DNA of 64,000 nt. Origin: Eledone cirrhosa. Lineage: Eukaryota. Below, piece by piece: positions 1-12,909 of the stretch. The notes under the pieces were generated by a model that ran no database searches, was not told the origin of the DNA, and saw nothing but the letters and a program-made list of their open reading frames with translations. The translations under genes and the position numbers were made by a program. Every line of letters begins with the position of its first letter. Positions within the stretch are counted from its first letter, which is position 1. The DNA is taken from contig OZ024740.1 of the NCBI GenBank assembly GCA_964016885.1, forward strand, positions 165,478,001-165,542,000. The letters run 5' to 3'.

Positions 1-197
1 ATAAGAGTAACAACAAAAGTAACGGTGAAGTAAACAACAACAATACATCTAACAATCATAACAACAATACATCTAACAATCACAGCAACAATACATCTAG
101 CAATCATAACAATAATAATAATGCTAGTGATAGGAATAACAACAACCACCATAATAACAATAATAGCAACACACACAACTATGACGATAGATATAAT

Positions 198-303
198 TGT
201 TTCTACTTTACGCACAAGGCCAGCAATTACACAGTGCATTACTGGTACTTTATTTTATCGACCCCGTAAGGATGAAAGGCAAAGTCAACCTCGGCGGGAT
301 TTG
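198..303 (-). mobile_element. 5'-truncated SINE inserted into PLE A, with a 21-bp target-site duplication
   Basis: AACTATGACGATAGATATAAT occurs at 177-197 and 304-324. The empty site is seen in the copy near 28385-28412. The body matches SINEs at 8480-8665 and 48137-48320. Confidence 0.88.
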
Positions 304-319
304 AACTATGACGATAGAT

Positions 320-2733
320 ATAATGACAACTCCTTAGAGAAACTATTCTTCAACCCAGCTGACAAAACATATAATATGGGTAATATCTATCCTACGAGGT
401 TACCCTTTAGTAAATGAGTTTGCATACCAGAACAAATAGATGACGAGACAGAGGCACAGTTCACCATAGCTAGAAATAAGATTAGACAAATAGTAGACCG
501 GTATACTAAGAGACAGAGCAGACCAGAGGTCCAACAACTTGGGAGGAAACCTGTAAAAGGCATGGTTAGCCTCAAGCAGCGCACAAGGGATGGTGAGGTA
601 GAATGTCTACCCACGGATAAGTCTGGTAGGATGTCAATAGACAGCATGCCGAACTACATCAAGGCTATGCGACCCCACATCACAACACGAGCGAAATTGC
701 ACAGCAAATACATGATGGGAGAGAGAAAATCCTCAACACTCTCATGATGATGTAGACCGACATCCTAAAGCCAAGCAGACGCACTGCCAACAAATTCCAG
801 GCGTCTAACAATGGCATACCAGCCTTGTATGGACTCCGCAAAGACCACAAGACAGTCGACGACACGACAACAGGACCACCAACAAGACCCGTATGCGGAG
901 CAAATATAGCTAGCAACTACAGGATCTCCTACTTCCTCTCAATGGTTATACGCCCCATAATCAAGATGTCCCCAGATGTATGTAACAGTACAGAGGACCT
1001 CCTCAGCAGAATCAGTGAGTGCAACAAAAACAGGAACCTATTCAACTGCATAATAGGCAGCATGGATGTGGTATCACTGTACCCATCCATTAACATTGAT
1101 TTTGCTGTGGAAAAATGTGTGGAGATGATCATTGAGAGTCAGGTGGAGTTCTGCGACGTCGACACAGACGAACTGGGCCTCCTACTTAGACTTACCTACG
1201 ACACTGACTACCTAGACAGCCATGACCTTAGACGTTTCTGCCCCAGTAGACCCATAACAGGTAGACCCCCTCACCATAACCTCAATGGCAAAAAAGACTC
1301 CCATGGGAAGGTGGATTGTGTGGACCAAAGCTATACGGACCCCCAAAACAATGATCAGGTAAGAAAAATGGTCGCACATGCAACAGGGGCTAGTATCAAA
1401 ACTACCCTAAAGGGCCAAATATTCAAGTTCAACGAGAAAATCTACACCCAAAATGAGGAAGCAGCCATTGGCGTCAGCATAGCTGGCGACGTTGCCAAAC
1501 TTTTTATGGTATGGTGGGAAAGGAGACTGAAAGATCTCCTTGATGAGAGCTCCATAGACCTCATCATGTACTCTCGTTACGTAGATGACATCAATATAGT
1601 AATAAAGACATCCCCACAAGAGATCACTAACAAGTTTGATTTAGAACGTAGCACAATGGAAAGCATCCAGCAGATAGCTAATTCCATGCACCAGAGTATA
1701 ACTGTAACTATCGACTACCCTTCCAAACACCCTAACAATAGACTATCTGTATTAGACACGGAACTCTGGATTACCACTATAGACGAGAGAGCCCAAATTC
1801 TCCACTCACACTATGCTAAACCCATGGCCTCCAAATACCTGATACTCAAAAACTCAGCAATGTCCAGTAGTGCTAAGTTTAATATTCTGATTGCAGACTT
1901 GGTACGAGTGGTGAAGAATGTGTCCCGCATGTGCGACCCAGCAGAAATGGAAAGACACATCCAACACTTCATCAACCGCATGCAGTTCTCTGGCTACAAC
2001 AAAAGAGACAGAGTCAGAGTATACGAAGGAGCCACGGAGAAGTATAAGACCCTCATAGAACTGGACAAGACAAGGAATTTGCCCATTATACAGGAGAAAA
2101 TCATGGAATAGCTTAGATAGGGCTAGACATAAGATAGAGAAAGCCACCTCATGGTACGACAACCAGAGATACAAGAGTATCATGTTTGTGGACGCTACTC
2201 CTGGAGGGAAATTAGCTAACCAGTGTAGAAAGGCCCTGAGAAAGACCCACTTAAAGATTAAGGTGGTAGAAAAGCCAGGAACCACCATAAAATCCCTGAT
2301 CAGCAAAACCTACCCTTTTAAGAAAACCCACTGTACTAATAGGAAATGTATCATATGTAAGGTATACCCCCGGATAAACTATAAAACTAGAAACGTAGTC
2401 TATAGCATAAGATGTACAGAGGGTACTTGCTGAAACATGGCAACAACATACATAGGCGAGTCAGCTCGTAGCATAGGTGAAAGGATAGACCAACACTGGG
2501 GGGAACTAAAAGGACAAAAAAACTGTTCAGTACTATACGAACATGCCATACAATAACACGACGGTAAAATAGAGAACATAGAAATTAGAATAATATCTAA
2601 ACATAGAAATGACCTAGTAGATAGGCAAATTAGAGAGGCCAGTGAAATAGAACTTAGAAGGCCAAGGCTAAACAGAAAAAATGAATGGAATAACAACAAC
2701 ACCCAAACAAGCAACACTGGCCTAAGAGAAGTA

Positions 2734-2735
<2 letters not shown>
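320..2735 (+). pseudogene. Disrupted PLE RT plus GIY-YIG ORF (pieces 562-747, 825-2111, 2182-2433 and the downstream YIGE/REASEIE/LNRKNEW part)
   Basis: ORF-track translations align with the 25980-27431 and 32685-35325 ORFs. Confidence 0.9.
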
Positions 2736-2764
<29 letters not shown>

Positions 2765-2994
2765 ATACATACACAAGCACAATAACAACAAACACATATA
2801 AACACACACTAGTAAAGATAGAATACATTAACCAATACACAGTCACCCAATCACGAACACACATCAAACAAAACACTATACACACACGCAAACGCATGCG
2901 CAAAGAAGACAAAAAATAAACAAATAAATAAAGATATAAACAAACTAAATAAAGATGGCGTAGAAAATACAATGCAACGGGAGGAAACAATAGC

Positions 2995-3036
2995 ACCACT
3001 GATGATGTTGCAGATGTGCAACGAAAGAACTTTGAT
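2995..3036 (+). ncRNA. Type I hammerhead motif in the family A pLTR (weak stem I)
   Basis: acca-CTGATGA-t-GTTGCA gatg TGCAAC-GAAA-GaaC-TT-tgat. Confidence 0.7.
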
Positions 3037-3234
3037 AAACTATATATATGTGTTTGTGTCTATATTGTATCTGTATTTGTGACAGTTAGTCAGTCAATGG
3101 CAACATTGAGGACCGAATAAATTCAATTAACCGATATAAAAGACAGAGAAGCGAAAAGCGAAAACCAACCAAACAGTGAGTGTGTTCTGTTATTAATTCT
3201 GGCAATATTACACAAGTATGACCCTCCCCAAGTA

Positions 3235-3281
<47 letters not shown>

Positions 3282-3282
<1 letters not shown>

Positions 3283-3428
3283 GTGGTAGAACACTGGAAG
3301 GTAATACCCGTAGTGGTAGAGCACTCAGTCCATGGGACGAGTTAGGTATAACCATGTCCATTACGAGCTGAGGATCCGTTAGGGGAAACAATTGTTCTCG
3401 GTATGGTGAACTAACTGTTGTGTAACCA

Positions 3429-3430
<2 letters not shown>
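3282..3430 (+). mobile_element. ~150-bp non-coding HHR-bearing mini-element between two (TA)n tracts
   Basis: Unique island flanked by (TA)n, with AGTGGT...ACCACT ends; contains the HHR at 3358-3406. Confidence 0.7.
3358..3406 (+). ncRNA. Type I hammerhead ribozyme with palindromic stem III
   Basis: ccat-ta-CGAG CTGAGGA TCC gtta GGG GAAA CAATTG TT CTCG-gt-atgg. Stem I has an internal loop, stem III is the palindrome ACAATTGT, and the triplet is GUU. Confidence 0.8.
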
Positions 3431-3519
<89 letters not shown>

Positions 3520-3639
3520 GTGTGTATGTGTGTGTGTAGATATACATAATATACGCACATATATATATGTGTAAGTATGTTTATATGTATATACAGTGTA
3601 TGTACGTGCGAGTGTGTGTAATGTGTGTTTGTTTTTGTG

Positions 3640-4400
3640 TAAAAGTTCAGCACTGGTTTCTTTGCTTATCAAGAACGGCTCTCCTACGTTCTCTAAATCA
3701 ACAATCATCGCAGGTTGCTGGTTTAAATATTTTACTGAAGTAAGTACACTGAGATTCTTTAGTGTCTCTGACAGTAATTGACACCATTGAACCAAAAACT
3801 TTCGCCTCCTCCTTGGATATTGGATATGATTAAGTATCAAAAGAAATATGTAAACTTCAATCTTGGTAAGGCTGCTAGGAAATTCTAGTGGCAGTTGTAT
3901 TGCATGAAATATCCTGTAGCTTTTAGTGTAGTCTGGATAGATAGTTTTATTTCTAATGGTTTGAAAGATACAATTATACCTTTGTATGAATGAACACATA
4001 TCAGAATAAAGTGCACCAACGACAGGTATATTGCTCAAGTATCAGCTGTTGACAATTGTCTGACAATCATTCATACCTGTCTGAATAATTCCATTGTAAT
4101 TAATGTCCTTCCGGAAACTCAGTGTAAATCCCGTTCTCGTAGAGGAACAATAGATATGATCTTTACAGCAAGGTAGATGCAGGAGAAATGCTATGATCAG
4201 AACATGGATCTTGTCCAAGTTTTCGTTGATTTAACAAAATATTTCAACATTGTGAATAAAATATCTTTTTGAAAATACACAGCAAAATCGGTTCTGTAGA
4301 TCTCTTTGTACTGATAATGAAATCATTTCACGAGGAAATCAAAGAATGGGTCAATCTCAATGGAAACATGGTGAGATGCTTTCTCGTAGAAAATTACGTC
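3640..4400 (+). pseudogene. Degraded RTE/BovB-type LINE RT fragment; the 3640-4020 part may be inverted
   Basis: Plus strand ~4085-4255 reads VLPETQC.SRSRRGTIDMIFTAR*MQEKCYDQNMDL..VFVDLTKYFN, resembling LPESQCGFR..RGTIDMIF..RQLQEKC...FIDLTKAFD. Confidence 0.75.
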
Positions 4401-4454
4401 AAATATTCTTGCATTTTACTGATAGTCTTAGAAATGTGTTTGCCACTTCTGTAA

Positions 4455-5350
4455 CACCGACCGTTTCGACAGCTAGATCCGAACGGATCTAGCTTGAAAA
4501 AGTTGAAATAAAATGATAAATAAAAATAAAAATATAAAAAGGAGAAAGGTAGGAGTGGCAGTAGAAGTTGGTGGAGCCTGGGGGTGATCCGGCGTGCTGC
4601 TGTGGGGGTCGGGTGAGGGCGGCAAACGTGAAGTTGGTGGGTCTGTATAGATGGGGTCCATATTACGATGTTTTTGTGCGCGTGCGTCTGTTAAGTGTGT
4701 TGTTGGTGGAAGTCTGTGTACGGACACGCACACAAACACATGCGTGCCACACTTACACATGTGCGAGCGTGTGTATTCTAGTATGTGTGTTTGACAGAGA
4801 TGTGAGGTTGTTGGTGTATATTGTGTGGTTACATTTATATCTGTATGCATGCCCGTGCCTGCGTGCGCGTGTGTATGTACGGAAGTAGGTGTTGGTTTCT
4901 GAGTCCAGTAGGGTCTGAGATGTGTAGAATCTAGGTAGGTTTGATTCCAATTGAGTTAGATTCCAGGTTGGTAAGTCGAAAGTAGGGAATTGCCGTAGTA
5001 GAATGGAATAGAAAATGAATTATGGGTAGTTGCAAGGGGATTGTGAGTGACTGTGTGGTTGGGGGAGATGGTGGTGGCAGAGATCTAAGAAAGAACTAGA
5101 GGATAGAGGCGTGTGTTATACTCAGCGGCCAGATAGAGTGTAAGGCGCTGAGGTTGAATGAGTGTGTGGTGAGTGAGGGAGAAAATCGGTGTGACTGAGT
5201 CAGTGGAGTACAGAAGATTGTGGTGGTGGTGGTGGATGTCGTGGAATTGACGGTGGTTGTGGGTGGAGGCGGTGTTGTGTGTATATGTTGTGTGGTGGTA
5301 GTAATAAAGGTGTATATGCTGTGTGGTGGTGATGCATGCGCGCTCAGATG
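4455..5350 (-). mobile_element. Probable PLE 3' UTR/pLTR remnant, family F, with a hairpin and half an HHR
   Basis: GACAGCTAGATCCG aa CGGATCTAGCT is shared with 23532-23564. The minus strand reads ...GTC GAAA CGGTC. The sequence is CA-rich on the minus strand. Confidence 0.45.
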
Positions 5351-5439
5351 AACAAGACACATATATAGGTGTGCGTGTGTGTGTGTGTGTGTGTGATGTA
5401 CCTCCATCTGTTTCTATGATCAGCGTTTTACGCACAAAT

Positions 5440-5680
5440 ATTCGAACAAGAAATTTACGTGTAGGTAGTTGGCCATTCCACAGCCTTGTATACTCATTGT
5501 GTAGTTCTCAGGGAGATTCAGTGGGACACAGTGAGTGAAAAGGCTGGCACTTCGAATTAAAGGTAAAATTCCTTTTTTACGATCTGGGTAAACTGGAGCA
5601 ATGTCACATAACGCGATTTGCTCAAGGGCACAACATACAGCCGAGAACGCCGGTACCTCATTTGATTCGAGTGTTATATA
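5440..5680 (-). mobile_element. Degraded SINE-like repeat
   Basis: The minus strand has TGTTGTGCCCTTGAGCAA...ATTGCTCCAGTTTACCCAG, a core typical of mollusc tRNA-SINEs. Confidence 0.5.
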
Positions 5681-5806
<126 letters not shown>

Positions 5807-7134
5807 AGGGTGAGATAGAGGGAGAGCTACTTAGATAGTTAGAGAGGGAGAGTTATATAGATAGACAGATAGATAGATATCGTTGGGTTGATGTGTGTGT
5901 GTGTGTGTGTACATTAGGTGTGTATAACCTTCATTTTCTACATCAAGCTATGCCTATGTTTGCGTACACAAGACTATATTAACGTATAAACCATCATGCA
6001 TAAGCATCCTTCTCTTAATTTCCATGTATGTATGTACACATGTATGCATACGTGTATGTATGTTACCATACATGTATGCCGGTGGTAGGTAGTAGGTAGG
6101 TATGTGCATACATGCCTATCTATATGCATATGTGCGCATACATATTATATACACTTATTCCCTCCCCTTCTCTCTCTCTGAAACACATCCTCAAATTCAC
6201 AATCCTCATTTACAGAAGTACATACAGACAAATACATATCCAGACATATTTTGAATTTCCTTTAACTGAATACATATGAACACTTCCGAACAAGATTGTA
6301 CATAATTACAGAAAAAGTAGCAGATATATACCTACACGTTCACATATACACAGACACACTCACAGACACACACACTCCTCTCCCTCTATCCCTCTCTCCC
6401 TTTCTCTCTCCCTCTCTCTCTCTCTCTTTCTTGCACTAACTCGTACATATAATCTCACTCATAAAACTTGTAAACCTATTTACAGATACCTTTGAAAATG
6501 CAACAGGTTGTATCAGAGGTAAGTATGGCTAATGCAAACTTTAACATGCAAACATATTCATTTATAATCTTATTTTTTTCTGCAATCCACTCAAAAAAAT
6601 ACTCAAAGAACCCTATCTTCTTTTCTCTAAATATAAAGAATATATGGCACCACATGTATAATTTCAACAATAATCTCTTGTAAGATTATTGGCGACAAAA
6701 CCTGAATTATTAGTTTTCGTTTACTTTTTAAATGTATTTATAATTTTCAATTCGGCTTTTAGTATTTCTTTGGAAAAGAAAGATATGTATAAGTATAGAT
6801 AAGTCACCCCAGCAAAAAATTATAATGACGTTGAACATTTTCATTGGTGCCAGAGTGATGAAAAATGATATCGGATAATATCAATGGAAAATAGAATATC
6901 AATAGAAATCAAATATATGTGATTTGGAGTACTTATTTGTATCATATAATTTGTGTTAAAAGCAGAGAAAGAGAGAGGGGGGGGGAATGAGAAAGAAGAG
7001 AGAAATAATGACAAGGAAAGGGAAAATGAAGAGAAAAAGAAAGGCGAGAGTTAAAGGAGACAATTGCTGAATCAAAAACGAAAGTATCATTTTTTTTTTT
7101 TTTTTTTTAGTGTCACTGTGAGTTCAATACTCAC

Positions 7135-7169
7135 CTGAAAGCAATGACATTATCAGCATATAAAAAACA
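7135..7169 (-). CDS. Candidate 35-nt host-gene exon (CFLYADNVIAF)
   Basis: T-rich tract plus AAG acceptor and a strong CAG|GTGAGT donor; in frame with the candidate exon at 9753-9834. Confidence 0.35.
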
Positions 7170-7503
7170 CTTCAATTAGAAAAATGAATAAAAAATAAAT
7201 TAAAGACATACGTTACGGTGGTGATTTTAAGACGTCTATTACATTTTTTGTTATCAATTTTTCAATTCATATTTATAAATAACAAATTTGTCTCTCAGGC
7301 GCCACAAAAATTCTATTGCAACTGCTTTGTAGAATTCTTTGTCGTAAACTCACAGGCATGGATGTATGGTTAAGCACCGAAGTGGTTCCGGATTTTATAT
7401 CACTGCTCGTTACCAATATCTACGATATAAACGGGAAAACCAATGCTTTGTTAGTGAAATGTTATAAATGATCGCGGGGTGAAAAACCCAATGTGCATCT
7501 AAT

Positions 7504-7600
<97 letters not shown>

Positions 7601-8479
7601 ATATGCATATGCATATGTATATATTTATATATTATCTCTTTATATCAGCCAAGAACGAACATATTGGAGAGAAAAAAATATTCCTTCGCGAACAAGATAC
7701 ATTCCCCAGACACGTATACCTTAACCTAGCTCTCCTGTACATCCAACGTGAAACGGTGTGTTGGTTATTTCAATCTCAGATATATAGTCTTTTTGGTCGC
7801 AAAAGGGCTGAAACAACATAAAATAAAGTGTCTTGTCCAAGGATACAACGTGCTGCCGAAAATCCAAAGCAGTATCTCAGAATTGTGAGTGGAACACCTT
7901 AACCAGTAATTCACGCGCCTACAGGGAACAGCACTAAGGAATTGACGAGTGATAAGTCCGTTTCCTTCGACAAGCTTTATAAGATTTTTCTCTCATTCGT
8001 ATAATCATAGAAACTCTAGCCGATGTCATATATTACGTGTCCTTCTGAATAAAGGTTTAACATTTTTTACAAACAAACAATTCATCTATAGATGAATTTG
8101 TCTTTATATGTATATATGCATATAGAATAAATTCCACAAATATATCGACGGGTAGATTTGTAATAAAGCAGGTTCACCAATAATCTCTTCCTTCACTGCA
8201 GTTTCGTTTATAAAGAAATAGTATTGACCATCTCAATAAATTAAAACAGGCAATACTGAAGAAAATAATCATTTCAGAGGTATTCTTTGAAATTGTATAA
8301 CAATATTTACCTGTCAGTAAACGGGATTAATCCTTACCGATCCAGTGTGGTGTACAATCAAGCCAAATATAAGCTTCGTACTTATTCTAAATGATTATCG
8401 TATGATGAAGTTCCAGATGTTGTATCTAAAGTTAGAGCGCAATGAGATGCTCATTACTTTTACAAAATAGTAATAATAA

Positions 8480-8665
8480 TTGTTGCTACTTTTGGCACAA
8501 GGTCAGCAATTACCCAGTACATTACTGGTACTTCATTATATCGACCCCGTAAGGATGAAAGGCAAAGTTAACCTCGGCGGGATTTGAACTCAGAATGGCA
8601 AGGGCCGTAACTCTATGCGTCAAAGCATGGCGTCCAACCCTCTACCGATACTGCCAATTCACCAA
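8480..8665 (-). mobile_element. tRNA-derived SINE (octopod-like)
   Basis: The minus strand carries an A-box-like TGGCAGTATCGG and B-box GAGTTCAAATCC; multiple copies in the window. Confidence 0.85.
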
Positions 8666-9752
8666 TGATACCTGACATGGCCATACGGTCACTAATTTCA
8701 GCAGGAAAAACAATTAATTAAATCAACATCCAAAATTATTGACTATTACTTTATTTCATCAACCTATGAAGAATGAAAATCAAAGTTGACCTTTGCCGTA
8801 TTTGAACACTACTTTCTCATCCAATTTATCGTCTTTCCTTTTAATAATACAGATGACTTTTAATGTAGGCAAAATTCCTTCCGACATTCGCACAATGCCA
8901 GCAATGTTGGGGCATTGGAAAGTCGTTTATATTGACCCAAGTGCGGAACTGGTACTGGTATATATTTTATCGACCTTCGGAGATATGAAAGACAAAGTTG
9001 ACACATCAACGATCATCTATCTTATTGTTTACATATCTTTAAATATGTGGATCATTGCTTAGGTTTGTAGCATAACAATGTCAACAATGCTAATTCTTCT
9101 GAAGGCCATACATCAACCGAAGTTTTTCTCTAAGAATAAAAGTAGATGTCATAGGGAAAATATGTGTAGATGGATTTAGAGTGGTGTTACATTTGCGAGA
9201 CGATTTCAACCAAACCGCCATCGTGTAGAGTTCTAAATACAGATACACTGGGTATTTTTTCTACAGAGCGCAATCTTCTGCAATGTTTCTTTTTGTAAAA
9301 CAATTATTTTCGTCCTTAATGTCACCAATTTTGTCCAAAGGAAAGTCAAAGGCATATATAGCTTTGAGCTAGTGATATTTCAGGCGTTGCTATCAAAGGG
9401 CCTAGAGCTAAAATAAATACCTCAAAACATTTCACTCTATCAATTTCGCTAACGTAAAACTCTGAAATATTACTAAGCGGAATAATCTCACCGTTATTTG
9501 AACTCAGAACATAATGATAAAAAAAAAATCATGAATGGAATAATTCCAAAAGAAATTCTGCTTAAGGCATACCTATATATGCACACCTTACTAGTGAATA
9601 TTATATAGCATTTCTATAATGTCAACTCTATCAGATATCTCAGTAAGACATGAAGTAAAATACAACATAGAAAAAAGCAATATAGCCTCTCTTCACACAC
9701 AATCTACACCACTGTCTAATACATTATCAGTATATATACCAGATGTATTTAC

Positions 9753-9834
9753 CGAAGGAAAAATAATAAAAAAGAGTAAACGATAGAAGTTGTTTCGTAT
9801 CCGTTTCACTGATGCAAGAGCCATCGCAGTACGA
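9753..9834 (-). CDS. Candidate first coding exon of a host gene (ATG at 9824; MALASVKRIRNNFYRLLFFIIFPS, signal-peptide-like)
   Basis: Long polypyrimidine tract plus TTGCAG acceptor at 9835; TCG|GTAAAT donor at 9752; 24 codons, phase 0. Confidence 0.42.
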
Positions 9835-10134
9835 CTGCAATAGAAAGACCGAGAGAAAGAAAAAAGGAGAGACAAAGAGAGGTATAGATTCTTCACAGAT
9901 ATAGAAATACAAGTTTAGTGTAATTTAACAGGATATTTTGACAACTATAATCTAAATGACACAACTGACAGACCTGAGGCGTCTTAAACGATAACTAATG
10001 CTGCTATTATCTCTTACTAGACAAACAGGCAACGTTGCTTTGAATAGAGTACTTTTGATTCTATTACACAACTTTTTGTTTATATATGATATATGTATAT
10101 ATGTAAATATATACACATATATATATATATATAA

Positions 10135-10396
<262 letters not shown>

Positions 10397-10476
10397 GGAG
10401 AGAGAAAGAAAGAGAGAGAGAGAAAACGGTGTATATAAGTACGCCTGATATAAGCATACAAACACACACACACATA

Positions 10477-10514
<38 letters not shown>

Positions 10515-10857
10515 AACACTCAACAAAGTAACTAATTACATACTCACACCTGCGCTTGGTGAATCCACAGCAACAGATATTTTCATTCTCACTTCTTACT
10601 TTCTTTACTCTTCGCCTCCATTTATCTCCACTTTTTTTCTTTCTTACGGTTAGAACGTTACATTTCAATTCTCCACATATCGTACATACATACATGCATA
10701 TATATTGATATACATACACACACACACACAGACACACACACATATATATACACATATATATATAAAAGTTTGGTAGAAATATCTAAGGTTAAGAGCACTC
10801 AGTGTCCATAGTACCTGTATATGTCACTGTTGTAGTAGCTAATTATCTATCAACACA

Positions 10858-10916
<59 letters not shown>

Positions 10917-11661
10917 GTGTGTGTATATATATATATATATATTGAAGAGTTAGAAGAACCGAAACAACATTAGTTTGATAAGTTCTCACCAAAATAAAGG
11001 ATATATAGATGTATATATGTGTGTGTCTGTCAGTCTATGATTGTGTCTGGGTGTCAGTGTATGGGTAGAGTTCAACAATCGAATGTTAAGGCGGTTTCAG
11101 CTGTATGCAAAATGTGTCCAGTGTAATGGAAGATCACAATGCAATAGAGTAACATCATGTACTATGATATATAATTGCCGAAGTATGAAGCCTTTATGTC
11201 TATAAAGGATATACATACCTACAAAAATGAACAAGGAATTGTGCTGAATTTGCTACAAATATCACTTTTCTTCGCCACTCGGTAAACTGAATTACCTTCG
11301 CATAATATATCTGGTCAATGAGTTATACGCAAGATCTTGAACGGAGAATCAAATCATCATTCTGAATGCATCATATTACAATGGCATAGTATACACACCA
11401 TTGAAATTCAAACCAAAGAGAAAAATGCATGATTAATTTCAGCTGGCTGCCATGTGCTGAACTTTTTCTTCGTGAATATTAAGTATACTCTTTAGTGTTT
11501 CGTGGTGCTTTGATGAGCCCCACGCTTGATTTATAAGGTGTGATGTCGCTCAAATCTAAAAATCGCGTAACAACATTAATAGCGGCTGACAAGTTAGAAC
11601 TGCAATTGTCTGTTTCCCTTATATAACTGTTTTTCTTTGTGCATTATCTGTTGCTACAATG

Positions 11662-11693
<32 letters not shown>

Positions 11694-11795
11694 CACATAC
11701 ATATACATATATGTATGATATATAAATATATATACCCCCCCCCCCACATACACACATATATATATATGTATATGATATATATATATATGCATATG

Positions 11796-11907
<112 letters not shown>

Positions 11908-12070
11908 AAGTAATTACGTCGGAAAGGTCCAGGAGAAAGAGTGCCCTGTGTAGGTTACAGAGCTTATTAGTTATGTAATAAACAACATAAGATAATTATT
12001 TCATTTACCAGTGGTTTCTTGAAAGCAAACAAATTTGGTTTCATTCATCAGAATGAAAAAATCCTGGTGT
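11908..12070 (-). mobile_element. PLE-type pLTR remnant, family E
   Basis: Homologous to 29823-29995 and 30310-30411; contains an HHR. Confidence 0.75.
11999..12058 (-). ncRNA. Type I hammerhead ribozyme, family E
   Basis: Minus strand: TTTCATT CTGATGA aTGAAA...TTTCAa GAAA CCA c TGG TA AATGAAA; GUA triplet. Confidence 0.82.
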
Positions 12071-12120
12071 ATTTATTGAAAGTGGATTTGCAAAACTACT
12101 TTCAATAAATATATATAATA

Positions 12121-12208
12121 CCATGATAATTATTTCAACGGTTCTCCCATGCAATAAAGATGTAATTCGTGCATTTGCTGTTGTTATGAGAACGGTATCA
12201 TCAGATGA
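12121..12208 (-). ncRNA. Type I hammerhead with long stem II and palindromic stem III (a separate family)
   Basis: Minus strand: TCAT CTGATGA tACcGTTCTC [~37 nt] GAGAACcGTt GAAA TAATTA TC ATGG; AUC triplet. Confidence 0.72.
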
Positions 12209-12580
12209 AATCTATATTTTGACACGCCGCTGGCAGGAAAAACACGCCCTTCTGCTGGTGCGCCCGGCAGACATATATATATATGTAACCAAATTAAAAG
12301 ATATATATTTATATACAGAGAGAAATGGGCATATATCGTAAAAGAAACACCCTATATTGTATATATACGAAATAAATATTCTATAGAAGAATATGTACAC
12401 AGATAGAATCGTAAGTGAAATTTATAGCGCTATCTTATACCTGGATAGTATGGCTAAAAATCGATCTATGTTATCTATCATTTGAAACGAACTATCGATT
12501 ATGATTAAACAACATGAGATTCAGATAATCTTCACATGTTTAGTCTCACCATTCTAAGGGAAATTATGTTTTGAGTCATC

Positions 12581-12905
<325 letters not shown>

Positions 12906-12909
<4 letters not shown>

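Larger units (their letters stand above)
1..3238 (+). mobile_element. Penelope-like retroelement, family A, copy 1 (runs off the window at its 5' end; frameshifts and stops)
   Basis: PTDKSG, LYGLRKDHK, RPVC, SMDVVSLYPSI and YSRYVDDI RT motifs, then a GIY-YIG domain (NVVYSIRC...YIGE). The 3' pLTR carries an HHR and ends ...GACCCTCCCCAAGTATAAC into (TA)n. Closely similar to the copy at 25448-29388. Confidence 0.93.

Noticed and set aside
2425-2440. In-frame TGA as selenocysteine, as in some Naiad PLEs
   Set aside because: The other family A copy has AGA (Arg) at this position, so it is an ordinary nonsense mutation.
7090-7124. Plus-strand 7-nt micro-exon (polyT-AG|TGTCACT|GTGAGT)
   Set aside because: No partner exons on the plus strand; the poly-T could be a retro-tail.
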